The notes under the pieces are model-generated. The model did no database searches. It saw only the letters and a program-made list of their open reading frames with translations, and was not told where the DNA came from. From Tubiluchus corallicola (Eukaryota; Animalia; Priapulida): a DNA stretch of 64,000 bases. A program made the translations under genes and the position numbers. Shown here piece after piece: positions 1 through 21,288 of this stretch (position 1 is its first letter; every line of letters starts with the position of its first letter). The stretch spans positions 124,001-188,000 of the forward strand of contig JAQGDQ010000205.1 of the NCBI GenBank assembly GCA_030141605.1, written 5' to 3'.

Positions 1-52
1 TTTTATATGTAGTTTCATCTGTAATTTTTTATTGTTGTACCTTTCTGTGCAG

Positions 53-78
53 CTGATAAGTCCGAGAGGATGAAAACT
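53..78 (+). ncRNA. Degenerate hammerhead-ribozyme-like motif
   Basis: CTGATAA-GTCC-GAGA-GGAT-GAAA resembles the core CUGANGA-stemII-GAAA with a GNRA-capped stem II. G8>A and C11.1>T changes; stems I/III not clearly present. Confidence 0.4.
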
Positions 79-954
79 GAAAAAAATAAAGAATTTTAAA
101 GGAGATTTATGGGCATTTTAACTCTTCCTATACGATTATGACCGTGGCAAATCTCAGAAGAGCACTGCCCTATTTTTGATGACCAGTTGACCACAACATC
201 AAAATCGTAGGAGGAGCAGTAGCGAGCTTGTCATTGTCTTATATTGCTATCATAGGATTTTAGTGCATTTGTAACTGTGACTATAGATGATCTGTATATC
301 CTCAATTCACGAAATTTGAAAGTTAAATTAATTCACTCCATTTGTTTCACTGAACGTCCTTTTTAAGTGAAACGTTTACTCTTCGCAGAACTTTTCTTTC
401 TTTTCCGAAAGAGCGCGGTTATTTTTATCCTGAGACATCCAAGTAGTTGCAACAACTAGTTTTCTGGAAGATTTCACTGCTGAATCTACCGTGGCAGTAA
501 TGGCACACGGTACTACCACTACGATGAGTAATGTCCGAGTACGATGCTTAATATTTTGATTAAACCAAAATAAAGAATGTTTCGACAATATAAGAAAAAT
601 ACTTTGTATATAAATAGTTTTCAATTTCTTATTGGCAAAATCATAAAACTGTGGAACGCCGAATAACGTCATTACCATTTTGTTCAGTGAAAGTTTTTTC
701 AACGATTTTTGGTCGAGGCTCAATGGCGATCATCGCTATTTTTTTATCTGAACGTCGTTGTTCTTGTTGTTGTTGTGGGGAAGGGGAGATGCTCGGCTGA
801 TGAATGTTTTTTTTTTAGTTTCGAATTATATGTGTAATTATAATACCCGACACAATGTTTTCGACGCAGACACCCAACTTCTAGTGGTTTTCATTTCCTG
901 TTTTTATCGGACAGCTTAAACCATAAACCTTAAACTAAACCAGGCGGCGTACCG

Positions 955-1192
955 GGTGGCGTAGCTCAATGGTAGCGGTCGCTTACCACCCGGGAGCTCA
1001 TGGGTTCAATTCTCGACCGAGTTATACCAAAGATTTGAAAAAATGGTACTGCTGCTTCTTCGACCAAGCATGCGAGTTTATCGAAGTAACGTACGGGTAA
1101 TAATAATAGGAACCACCTTGGAAATAGGTATAGAGTTACTTAAGGTGTCATCCTTGTAATATGTCCCAAATCAAATTACTATTATTATTATA
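955..1192 (+). mobile_element. tRNA-derived SINE with Meta-domain-like core
   Basis: A box (TAGCTCAATGG) and B box (GGTTCAATTCTC), then GTTATACCAAAGATTTGAAAAAATGGTACTGCTGCTTCTT..AAGCA resembling the MetaSINE central domain, ending in a (TAT)n tail. Confidence 0.7.
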
Positions 1193-1324
1193 ACCACAAG
1201 CGACGTTTCCCCTAGAAGTCGTACGTGCATCAGTAATTGGAAATTATTTTTATATTTTAGTGACTAACGCACGAACTTCCAGTTTGTATAAATTAACTAA
1301 GCTTTACTCGTGAACAGATGCTAA

Positions 1325-1370
1325 TGGATACAACTTATGTCTAATTATGGATACAACTTATGTCTAATTA
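1325..1370. repeat. Short tandem duplication (2 x 23 bp)
   Basis: ATGGATACAACTTATGTCTAATT twice. Confidence 0.85.
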
Positions 1371-2351
1371 AAAACTATACTTAACAAGCTTCTGTGCGCC
1401 AGATGGAGTGCATGCCCTGTAACTTCCTAAACCAGAAATGAAATTTAGGACCGCACCAACAAGACTCCCATTCGCTCTAGTGCATGACCTTTTAAAAGGG
1501 TCCTGGATATCTCGTAGCCTACGTCTTCTTTCTATATACAAGCATCAACAAAACGAGTTCTGCAGTCGCCACCAGATTAAGACGTGTGACTGACTTTTTA
1601 AATACCTGTGTGACGTCAAGCATACGTCACTACACCAACTCCAAAAACCTCGTGATGCTCGAGCAAAATTTCGCAAAATGTCAGCTATACCGGATTGGAA
1701 AGCATTGACTACAGAAAGCAATCTAAATAGTTTTGTGACACGTATCATCAAACGGAGTATCCAACCGTTACTAGACGACCTCAGGCAAGTAGCCGAGTAT
1801 ACGAAACTTCCCTATAAACAAGCGAAACACCATAAGTTACGTTTTTCTACTTCCCGTACCTCAGGTCATCCGAATTTGAAAATGAACAAAAGAAAGCGAC
1901 AAAAAGAGACAACAGAAGAAGCTATTTGCTATTAGGAAATCATGGAACCATGTAGCAATCATACAGCTTTTCCGTCTTTCCCGAATGCACTCTTAAATAT
2001 GAAATGTGAACACATAATTAAAAATACACACATGAAATAACGCTTGGATCAACGATTTTAGATTGAACACAACTACGTGAAATTGAAATGGTGATAATAC
2101 CACAATTGTTCTCTCGCGATGCAGAGACCACGGATTCTAAAATCGATAACAGTTCACATCTTGCTTTCAATATGTATCAAAAACTTTCATCAGGCAGAAG
2201 ATATCATAGTCTGCAGTTTAAATAGCATTTTCCGCTACGGTCTACTGCTACTAATCTTTTTTAGGATTTAATATTTTACGCCTTTACTGACAATTCATTG
2301 TACGTCCCCTTGACTGTGATGTGCGGACAACAAATAAAAGATATGTAGCTG

Positions 2352-2492
2352 CATCTGTATATGTGTCTGTTCTGTATCTGTATCCGTATGTGTATCTGTA
2401 TCTGTGCATGCTTTGAATCTATATCCGTATATGTATGTTCATATGTGTATGTGTATGTGTATGTGTCACAGTATCTGCATCTGTTTGTATCT
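2352..2492. repeat. Degenerate (TGTATC/TGTATG)n microsatellite
   Basis: Visible hexamer-like repeats. Confidence 0.7.
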
Positions 2493-4123
2493 GCAAGTAA
2501 CCTCTCTTGCTGACGACCATGCTTTTTAACGTGATAAACTTGGTCGTAAAACAGTTTACTACGGGAATGCGCATTTACCATAGTTAGTATAATAATCATC
2601 GTCTATTCCCGCAGTAGTGTTAAATAACCTTTGCAGCGAGCACCTTTGCTCGTCTTTCTTTCACTTTCCTTAATCTGTGAGTTAAAATTTTTGACTTTAA
2701 CAGTACGCGCCCTATGTAAAAAGCTTAATCTTAAATTCACTAAAATACTTTATTGAGCCACCATTTTCAAGTAACAATTTTGACAGTCGGTTTTATCTAG
2801 TAGCAATACAGATGACAGCGAAAAAACTGCAAACTGAAGCGAATTATTGACTTAGTGTAACATACTTGGCAGTCATTAAATTTTGCTGATCTGTTTATCC
2901 AGGTTATGATGGCTATATCCGTTGATTTTGATTAAGATTTAATATTTAACACTTTCCCTTCATAACTGAGCGTTTATTTACCCCATCACGTTCGGTGACG
3001 ACAATTACACGCAGTTGTCTGCATGCATGTTACCTCTAAATCACCGAGGGATTAAAACAGCAAGACAGTAAAGGTGAGGACTGACTTCTGTGTAAAAATA
3101 AGCATTAAATTTTAATCTGAAAACAATATCCAGTTTGGCAAAGGCGCTTTCGTGATGCTTTATCGGTTTAAAATTATTAACAAGTTTGTGACTGTGTACA
3201 TTCGGCGGGTTTGAGATTTTAAGAAAAACTTGTCCTCTTGGAATGAAACGAGTTATAGCTTTATTTCAAACACTCATCGGCATACATGTTTGATGGTTAT
3301 AAAAATCATAAATTGTATATGTCTACGATGCCCCTTATAAGCATTACCATCAATATCATCGCCATCATCGTCATTATCATCATCGTCATCGTCACCATTT
3401 CGCCCTATCATACAAATGGTTGCTAATTACAAAACGACTGAAAAAATCGTGAAACTTTCGAAAATTACCCTAATTCATAAATTCGCAGAAAATGCTTAAA
3501 TGGAAATGTACTAGACTGTAAAGAAAATGAAACATATCTATCTTGTGTTTGTTTTTAATTGACAGTTCTTTTTCCACACGCTCTGTGGTTGCAATTTGTC
3601 GATGCCTGCTTGACTGTGTAACATAATATAATAATAAAGTCCAAATTAGGCAGTGGTCAAACTTTATTTTATGACTTGTCAAAGAGTTTCCAGTTTGAGG
3701 TAGGTTCAGTAACCCTAGAATGATTGCAGGGGTCACACCTTTAAGTAGGAGAGGTTTGCGAAAGCTCGGGAAATTAATAGATTGTTAATAGCAGGGGATC
3801 ATGCTTAGACGGAAAACATACTTGTGTGAGTGCACTGACACTACGTCTTTTGTCTTCGCCAGCATCTTTTCTTAGGGTGCTCGCCTCATTAGGGACCAGT
3901 TGTGCTTACGCGATGTTATCTGTTTGAATTACTAAATGTCTTATGTTCATAATAATGCGAATAAAACGGATAATTACTCATAGCACTGATAACATAAGGA
4001 ACTGATTTTTACCCGTTCTAAGGAACTGATTTTTACCAGTTCTTGTCTTTTTATTCCTCTCCCGTTCTCTCGCTCTCTGTCTTAATTTATTTTTTTTGTT
4101 TTCTCTCTCCAATTCTCGCCCAC

Positions 4124-4551
<428 letters not shown>

Positions 4552-4719
4552 CATTTCTTTCCTTCTTCCTGATCTCACCCACACGATCTTTGTCTGTAAT
4601 AAAAGTACACACACTAGAATTTAAAAATATATTGTACTAAAATGTTACTAGACTGTTTAGTCGATTTTTAAAAGAATGAACAGATGTTTTTTCATGACTC
4701 CGTCGAATCTGCAAATTGA

Positions 4720-12926
<8,207 letters not shown>

Positions 12927-14091
12927 AGCAGCATGGTATTTTACAGGTTCTCCATTTTAAAATGTACTAGTGAAATTCCGGAATGGCCTATATGATTTGT
13001 GATTATTGTAACTATGGATATTGTGTAATTATATAAAAGTACGTGTGCCGGTTGGTGGGTTTCATTATATCTAAACTGATATACAGTTGTTATCGTTAAA
13101 AAATTGTACACGCCATTAGACACTCATGTACGTTACAGCGGTTTCGCTGTAGGCAAGGATGGTCTTCCTTGCTCAAAGAAGTTAAAACAAAAGCAAAAGC
13201 GAAAAGTTTCTTTTCTTGCTTTCAGGGAGGGAACGCTTATCGAATCAATCTTATGTTGTCACGCTTTTTGTCCTGTATTTTATTGTACATTATGATATCA
13301 TATCATATATGTATAGTGTGTCGCTGTCACTCAATAAACGTTTCATCACACTAGCTCAGTAAGACTTCATTCATTATCGCAATTTACCATTATAATTATC
13401 ATCAATTCATATTTTCATTTAAGCGGGCTATCAAGCTCATTTATTACACCATTATAAAGATGAATTATATTTTTATCTATGCGTTTATACTGTTTATCAG
13501 CATTCTATTAGCAATATGCATTGTAGTTACTATATATCGATGGAAAATATAGGAAAGGATATAATAGGCGTGTATTGGCCCCTAACGATATTCTACATTT
13601 ACATCATACTTGCTTAAGAAACGCTTAAAAAGATTTTTATTGTCACTATTCAGACTATTGTGCATGTTAAATGGCCTAACAAAAACTCATAACAGAACAG
13701 TCAATGATATTAAAACATTGTATTTTTGTGTATATATAAGTTGTGTATATAAGATGGAGCGAATGGAAACTATGATGTGTACTACTTAATGTATGGGTCT
13801 TTTCGTGTAATGATTTTGTTGTTTGTAATCAAAGTTTTGTCCATTATTACATTATACATTTACAGTTGTTGATTATACTGTATACATGCTGTTATTCAGT
13901 ATTGTTATGTTTACTAATGCATTTATAGTAAAAAATAAAATATTCATTAAGGCGTTTTTTTAATTTATTCATTTGGGATTACGGAAAGATTTGGATTACC
14001 CAGAAAGGAAGACGGATGACGGATGATACTGCAAAAGCGTTTCTGATAATTAAATAATAGATTAAAATCTTAATTAATGGCGCCCAATAAT

Positions 14092-14233
14092 TGATGACAT
14101 CACAAACTAACATAATTTTCAACAGCAAAAATATTCCGCGAGCGTGTTGCACGTGTTTGCGAAAGCGAAAATTGAAGTACAGTACTACTGCAAGATATTC
14201 AGTGCGTTGTACTAAAACTAGGTCAGTTTTAAG
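14092..14233 (+). repeat. Dispersed repeat, copy 1
   Basis: Aligns by eye with 52622-52751 (TGATGAC.TCACAAA..AACAGCA.AAATATT..ACGTGTTTGCGAAA..GAAAATTGAA.TACAGT..TAAAACT.GG..AGTTTTAAG). Confidence 0.75.
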
Positions 14234-17221
14234 ATAAAATTTCAAATTTACCGCTGTGCTCACGCATGAGCTGTCAAACGTGTGTAGTTTGTCACAAAAT
14301 AACACAGCTGAACTGAGAGGTACAGCACCTGTTTTTGTGCAAAGCGTTTCCGAAACGCAGTTGCTAGTGCCCGTCTAACTAGTAAATGGCAAATGTATGT
14401 AACAGTGAAAAACTAGTGGCGCGAACGTGAAATTGTGTTTGTGTGGTAATAATTCTTTCACGTAGGCCATTTTTGAAAGAATGGTATGCTTCCTTTCAAC
14501 ATTTTAAAAAATAGATTCTATTGACCTACAGTTTAAGATTGAGTCTGGTTTTGCTTTAAAATGCAGAGAGTGGTAAGTTTTTATTCGAGCATAACATTTT
14601 GGAAAAGTAATTCTATTCTACAGATGACTTAGATTTTAGCGTATAGGCTGTGGATGTTGCCCTTTCCTTTCAACTTGTTTTCCTTTAGGTTGTTTTGTTC
14701 GCTTACAGCTTTGTGTGTTCACTGACTTATTGAGTAAAATGGCTTAGAACTGCATACAGACTTCAAATTGTAAAACATTATTTTAACACCTATTCGGGTC
14801 ACCAACTGATGCTGTAAAATCCCGTCAGGAAGAGTACTAAAAATGAATCAAGAGCGATTGCTAAACTAATTTCTATTCTAATTTCTAACTGACCTTTGAC
14901 TTTTACCCATTCACTTATAAAGTCACCGATTGTCTAAAATCTGTCCTCCATCTGGTGCTACAAGCTGCTTTAGTTTGAGACAACACGCACCTTAAAGGTT
15001 TTCAAATAGTAATTTCTTCTCTAATATTTGGTTGTCCAACTCTTACAATATTTTGAGGTCTAAGCAGCTTTGCATTGCCCGAGTTGCATAAGTTGGAATG
15101 AAGTCTAGGAGAGAACGCTGATGAAAGTGAATCCCAAGTCTTGCCCGGAAGTACATTTGGTCGACGGAGTCTGGAACCGGAACATTTATCATAACTGATC
15201 TTTTTTTGAACGCATGTGGACATTTTTCTGAAGATAGAACACCACAACTAGTATTCTTTAGCAAAAAAGCTGCAACAAATTTATTTTCGATAGCAAATGA
15301 CTATTAACTTCTAATACATAGAATTGAGAACTACTTCAAAAATCTAACTCACTACTTATAATTAATATTAATCATCTTTGCATACACACAGTTCTCCTTA
15401 GTAGTACGACTGCTTTGTCTTAGGTACAAATTGCACTATTACACACACTCATGCACACGCGCACACCCACACGCAACAAATATATAAGAGCAATAATAAA
15501 GTGCACACACAAACACACACTGCTAGGCCAATCTACGTAATTACAACGTATGTACAAATTAGCAGGTTCCTGAAAATTCAACTCATAAGTAAATATCACA
15601 TATAAATAATGAACTGACAACAAGCATGCAGTTACAGGATACAATTACACAATGCACAAAATGCTCTATACGATCTGCCAAATATTAAACAATGTGCGGC
15701 AACACGCAAATAACACTTGAAAGTCAATTTTCAAACAGCAGATGTTATTACATTGATTTTCATAGTTTCTTCGTACAAAACATAGTAGCTCAGGCTTCCT
15801 TTACATCAATAGCTGTGATATAAAACAGTTTAATTTCAAGGAAATTCGATTTTAACTTAGCTATGGGAACAAAACCATTGGCCGATGCATATATATCTGA
15901 TGGACGTCTACTTACTTAGATTACAATTTAAATCATCACCTGAGTATTGATCAAAAATTTTAGTTAAGCAAAACGTAATTGTTAAATCGAGTAAATGATT
16001 ACTCAGTGAACGTAAAGTGAACAAAATTGAACGCATCCTTGATAAATAAATAAATAATAAAATAAATAAAAACATACAAATTAATTATCATGATGTTATG
16101 TAATAAATCTTTGGTTAAATTAATAATAACTCAGCACGTGCTAAAAGTATAAACAGACATTAACTATACAGACAAACAAGCATGCAAATTTCTTATTATA
16201 ATCTCACGTAGGTAATGAGTTTACATAACGTTACGACTAGAATTTCTCACCCATATTATGCTACAATGTTGCTGCTTTTGGGCTGCATAGTTTACACATA
16301 ATACATGATTATGCACATTGGTCCACTTGAGTTACGACAGCTCTGGTGTTGCTATGTACACATACACGCCGCTAAGATTCAAAATATTAGTCCACTTTCT
16401 TTCCTAACAGTAAACTTCGTAGTTACTTATTTCTTTTTAAAATACGGTAAATTCAAAGTTGATGGAAGAATGAACAAAACTGGATTGGCAAAAATTGAAG
16501 CAGTATTCAGAAAAGGAAATGGTTTCATAGTAAATAACAACAGCAGAACTTTCGTAAATTTTTTTTAAATAAGATGCTCATAATAAAAAGCAAAACTTAA
16601 CAAACTTGATCTACAAACTTTACACAACCCTAAAACCTAAGCACGAAATTACAAATTCATTGCGTCATTTGCACAGTATTATGATGATGGCGCAAACAAA
16701 TTCTAAGCTGTTATAACTAATGTTAGTAATCAACAAAACGCATGCGTTGTTAAGTACAAGACGAAGCGAACACTTGGACGAATCTACGTTACAGCTACAG
16801 CTTTACCATATAAATAAATTGCTAATTTAGTAAAATTGCTAGCGAGACCTTTTCACACTAAAATAATTAATTATTCATGACTTTTTGAAAATTTGCACTG
16901 GGTTGCGGGCAAGCTATTATAAAGAATCTGAGTTTTGCCACACAAAATGTACAAATAAATTTATATCAGGACGCCTTACATACAGGTGTAAAAAGTTTGT
17001 AGCGCCGCTGCTGATATATAATCGTCGTTAGATAAATTTTATCTGTCAATATTAAGTAATAAAATTCAGATTCTTCATACATGGCAAATAGCTCACACGA
17101 ATATGAATATAGATACGAACAGTCCACGCTTTTGAAACGTCATGAAGGATAAACTGTTTAACTTCTGATGCCAACTTTTTGGAGATTTAAATGAACACGA
17201 CCTTTTTACAGGAAGGTGAAA

Positions 17222-19221
17222 CTAAATTGCCGTAGAAGTTAGCAAGAGGTAATCTCTTAATCTAACAGGTACGCCTAGTCTCTCAACCTTATCCACAATA
17301 CTACAACCCTCAGATACTTTGAGCAGGTGTCTTCTTATGAGCGTCCGACATTGCCTTTGAAGTGGTGGTGGCGTCCACACCTCTTTGTACAACCAACCTG
17401 CAAACTCATCATCCTTGAGTAACTCCAGTGGTACAACTGTCTCGGATAACCAAGTCTTGAACACCTTAGCTCCTGCATGGACCAGAAGCTTGATCAAGTC
17501 CTTGTCGCAATTCTGGATAGCCCAATAGATGGCACTGTGACCTCTGCTGTCAGTGATGTCCACGCGACAGCCATGGTAAATTAAAAAAGTAGCAATGGCT
17601 AATCGTCCTGAGAATTTGGCAGCTAGGTACAGAGGGCATTGATTCCAATGTTCTGATATGTTTAATTTGGCACCACTTAGTATGAGCATCTGCAAAATAT
17701 CAGTTCGCTTCTCACGCGCATTAATCCACACTGGAGTGTGATTATAGAAGTCCGTTTTGTCCAGATCAGCACCGCTTTGAATCAGCTTGCGAACAATGGA
17801 CGTCTTGCCAAGTCGACACGCAGAGAAAAGAGGCGTCTCCACCCTTGCCATGGGATCACAGCTCAGTTTGTCTATGCTCGCTCCGTTTTGCAGCAGTGAA
17901 CTCACAATGTCTGAAAATAAAGTATTGACATAATTATGTAAATTAAAATTTTCGTTCCACGAAGAAACAACAAACATGAACTATAATGATGTCATGCTAC
18001 TTCCTTAACACTCCTTTGACTGACTAGACCACCCCACCCCCATAATGACACAATGACTCTTTTCGCGTGTTCTTCTCATTCTTTGACTCGTTTTTATCAA
18101 TTTTATCATCCTCATGTGCGTCGACGGTCACATTCGTCTTAATTTTTGTCATACTATAGGTTTCTTTCTCCTCTTCTAATTCTGTTTTATCAGTATCATT
18201 GTCGTCAATCGTATTTTAATCTTCATTATTAGTGACAACATCATGAACACCAATATTAAAATCGTCGTGATTATATTGTCGTCATCTCAAACAGTAGAAA
18301 TACACCTCAAGCAGCATTAAAATCCCTCGCTGTTGTTTGAGCTTAGAGCCAATTCATTCAAATTTATGCAGCACGAAATTGATGGAATATTTAAAGCAGC
18401 TAAATTATAAATTTTGAACAATACAAACGCACATCGTACAAGGTTAATAAATACAATGCTATGACAACTGCAACAACATTAATGTAGCTAAAATGAAGGA
18501 GTATAAATACGTGTAATTATACATTTATCTCATGTATGGCTGCAAGCGTTTTTCTCACATTTTACCACATGCTGCATGTTTAAAGGGAAAATTTCTATTT
18601 ATCTTTTTAGGCTGGTATTGTTTGGGCTCACAGCTTTTTGTCATATCTCAAAAATTCGTTACATTGACAAACTGAAAACACGAATTTCAAAAATAATTTT
18701 TTGCATCCTCAATGAAAACGGTGGACATATCAACTTTCTGAGAAACTCGACATCATTAACTTTCACGCTAAGTAAATATTCCGAAATTACAAAAGCTCCA
18801 GTTGTATGTAGGCAACAGCCAACTCACTGCTTCTATAGTTTCTTTCCAGAAATTTGGTATACAAAAACAAAAGTTATTTGTGATTTTGTAGCATTTTTAG
18901 AATAAACAGTTTAACTCTAAAGTCTCTGGCTTGATTTCATGGTTTGATTCGTCAGCAGCCTCCAAAAATGATAGAAACTGAGAAAAGTTAAAAAAAATTG
19001 AAACTTTCTTACGATTACAAATGTTTAATTAGTTTACCATCTTTGCCAAGGTACACCGCCAGCGAAAGAGCAGTGGTCGAACGAAGCGATGCACTAATGT
19101 CCATTCCTGATTTTACTATTTTGCTAATTCTCTGAACATCATGCAGTCGTATCGCTTGGTGCAGGTCTTCTGTAGTTGCACCACGGTGTTTACCAGGTGG
19201 TGCAGGTATTACGTTAGGCAT
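17222..19221 (-). CDS. Ankyrin repeat and SOCS box-containing protein (ASB-like)
   Basis: Exons 19221-19038 (MPNVIPAPPGKH..TTALSLAVYLGKD) and 17910-17222. Ankyrin repeats (ETPLFSACRLG, HTPVWINAREK, QCPLYLAAKF, GHSAIYWAIQN) and C-terminal SOCS box PPPLQRQCRTLIRRHL..LGVPVRLRDYLL. Confidence 0.9.
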
Positions 19222-19357
19222 CTCGGACACCTGGGGTGTACAGTTACCTATCCATCACTAGGAGCTGAAACACAAACAAGTTAATTCATTAAATTCAAAA
19301 TGATTTATAAGTCGCTACACCATTGTCGCTTCTTTCTCTCCTTTTTCAGCTCTCTAC

Positions 19358-19392
<35 letters not shown>

Positions 19393-21210
19393 CCTCGCTC
19401 TGTCTTTGGCTCTGCCTTCACCTGCATTCTCGTGCATATTAAGATTAACACTTCTGGCCTTTTCACATTAAATTTAAACTACCAAAGGGCGTTTTCTCTG
19501 TAGAATGCATCGATTTGGATATATGCTTGTATAATAGGTACCCGTATTAAAACAGCGTGTTAAACAGTTTTTCTGTAATTTACTTTGAGATATTTTTTCA
19601 CAAATTGCTGTACACACGCACGCAATTGCTTATACTGTCTGGTTTAAACTTTGTTGTAACTCTTCGTTTTAGAATCTGATTTAAATTTTAGCACCATATT
19701 TTAGCTTTGACAGTTTATGGTCTGCTTTAAAGGAGGGATTTCCTGCCGAAAGATGACACCACTTGCTATGAAATATATGCTATAAAACATTTAAAACATT
19801 AAGTGTCACGCTTCATATTTCTTGTGAACAATATGAAAAATATTAGTCGATACAAAACGATATGAAAAAGATGTGAAACAACATGAAAAATATAAAATGT
19901 GCACGATTACAGTTGAATTTTATTAAGCCTAGCGTTTCATATGCTCACTAGAGCATCCATTCTGTGTTATCCTACCTTTACTAAAAGTGCATTACCCTTA
20001 GAATATTGATTCTTGATATTAGACTACTGATTCTGCACTGAAGCCAAGCTAATGCATTTACTCCAAGCAACGCCATTTACAGCACAACACAAAGAAGCTG
20101 AACACGAATTCTACTCTAACAAGCACACAAACGCTACATACTAATGATGATAAAAGCATCGATACCGAACTTTCAAGCTCAGCTTCCGTCCAGAATAAAT
20201 CCGATACCGAAGAGCAAACAGTTGCCCGGCCCAACACCCATATAAGGTTCTCCTGGCACACGCACACATGGTAAATCCCCTGCCACGCGTATGGCTTCCA
20301 GCAACAGATGTGTAACGTTGCATATTTTAGTGGTAACAAAAACTTAACCCTTAAGCGACCAAATTCGAGATTAACGACAGCGTAGTAATTTGTCAGACGG
20401 CCGTCTGGTGTAAAACTTGTGAAGGGTAAACTATGTAGCAGAAATTACAAAGCAATTTTCATATAAAGTAAAACACAATTAACATAACGCCAATTATTAA
20501 TAGCTCAAACTTCAATGATGGAAAAGAAGTACGAGCGAGATGTCCACCACTTTATTCATAGAGAACAATCAATAAAAGAGAAAAAATCGACTAACCTAAT
20601 CACTTATAACCTACAAAAGATTTAGGGCATGTGGACTTAAAGGGAAAGAGAATACACTGAAGCAAACAAAGCGAGAAAGACTTATAAGGATGTTGATACA
20701 GTATATAAAAAAATATAAACAGCTAAACAAAATACAAAAATAATTTGCACGTATCTAAGAACTGCTTCGATCTAATTTGCACGTACAGTAATTGGAATGC
20801 GTAACTATTTGTTTCCCCTTGTTGGGTTCTGGGAGCCAGTGAATGCAATGATTTTTTCATAACCGGCTTCAAAAGCACTCCAGTTTAGACAGCAAAGGAA
20901 TTTTGTTTATCATACTTCTCTATATCACATATTTAGGGTAGATTACCGCCTTAATGGTGATCAGACACTTTCAAGGTTCAACGACATAACTTTTTTGATC
21001 AACCTGCTGGTTTTTTCTTAGCTGACACACTTACGTCTAAAGTCGGCGTAACAGCCAAAGACATTTGAACACCATCCCATATGCGTGATTTATATCGAAG
21101 AGTAAAGCCTTCGTTTCATATTCTCATTTAGCGTCCTATTTATCTTTGCAAATTGAAGCGAACTGTTCGCATAAACCAAAATTCATTGAAAGAAAATATA
21201 AAAAAATCTG

Positions 21211-21288
21211 GACTGAATCTCAGATTTAAACCAGGTACCTTTAAATTACAAGTCCAACATCCTGATCACTAAACCACACAGCCGCTAA
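21211..21288 (-). mobile_element. Degenerate tRNA-derived SINE head
   Basis: Minus strand GGCTGTGTGGTTTAGTGATCAGGATGTTGGACTTGTAATTTAAAGGTACCTGGTTTAAATC: tRNA-like A/B box layout. Confidence 0.45.

Noticed and set aside
376-723. 115-aa minus-strand ORF
   Set aside because: No recognisable domain or coding signature.
955-1020. Possible tRNA gene
   Set aside because: No proper acceptor or anticodon stems, and it runs into a SINE body and tail; treated as a SINE head.
3020-3078. Candidate first coding exon of E75 (AAG|GTGAG donor)
   Set aside because: Both upstream ATG frames hit stops before the donor; it cannot supply the phase-1 coding exon.
19925-19965. Another hammerhead-like hairpin (GCTC-TAGT-GAGC..GAAAC, minus strand)
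   Set aside because: CUGANGA core absent and spacing wrong; too degenerate to support.
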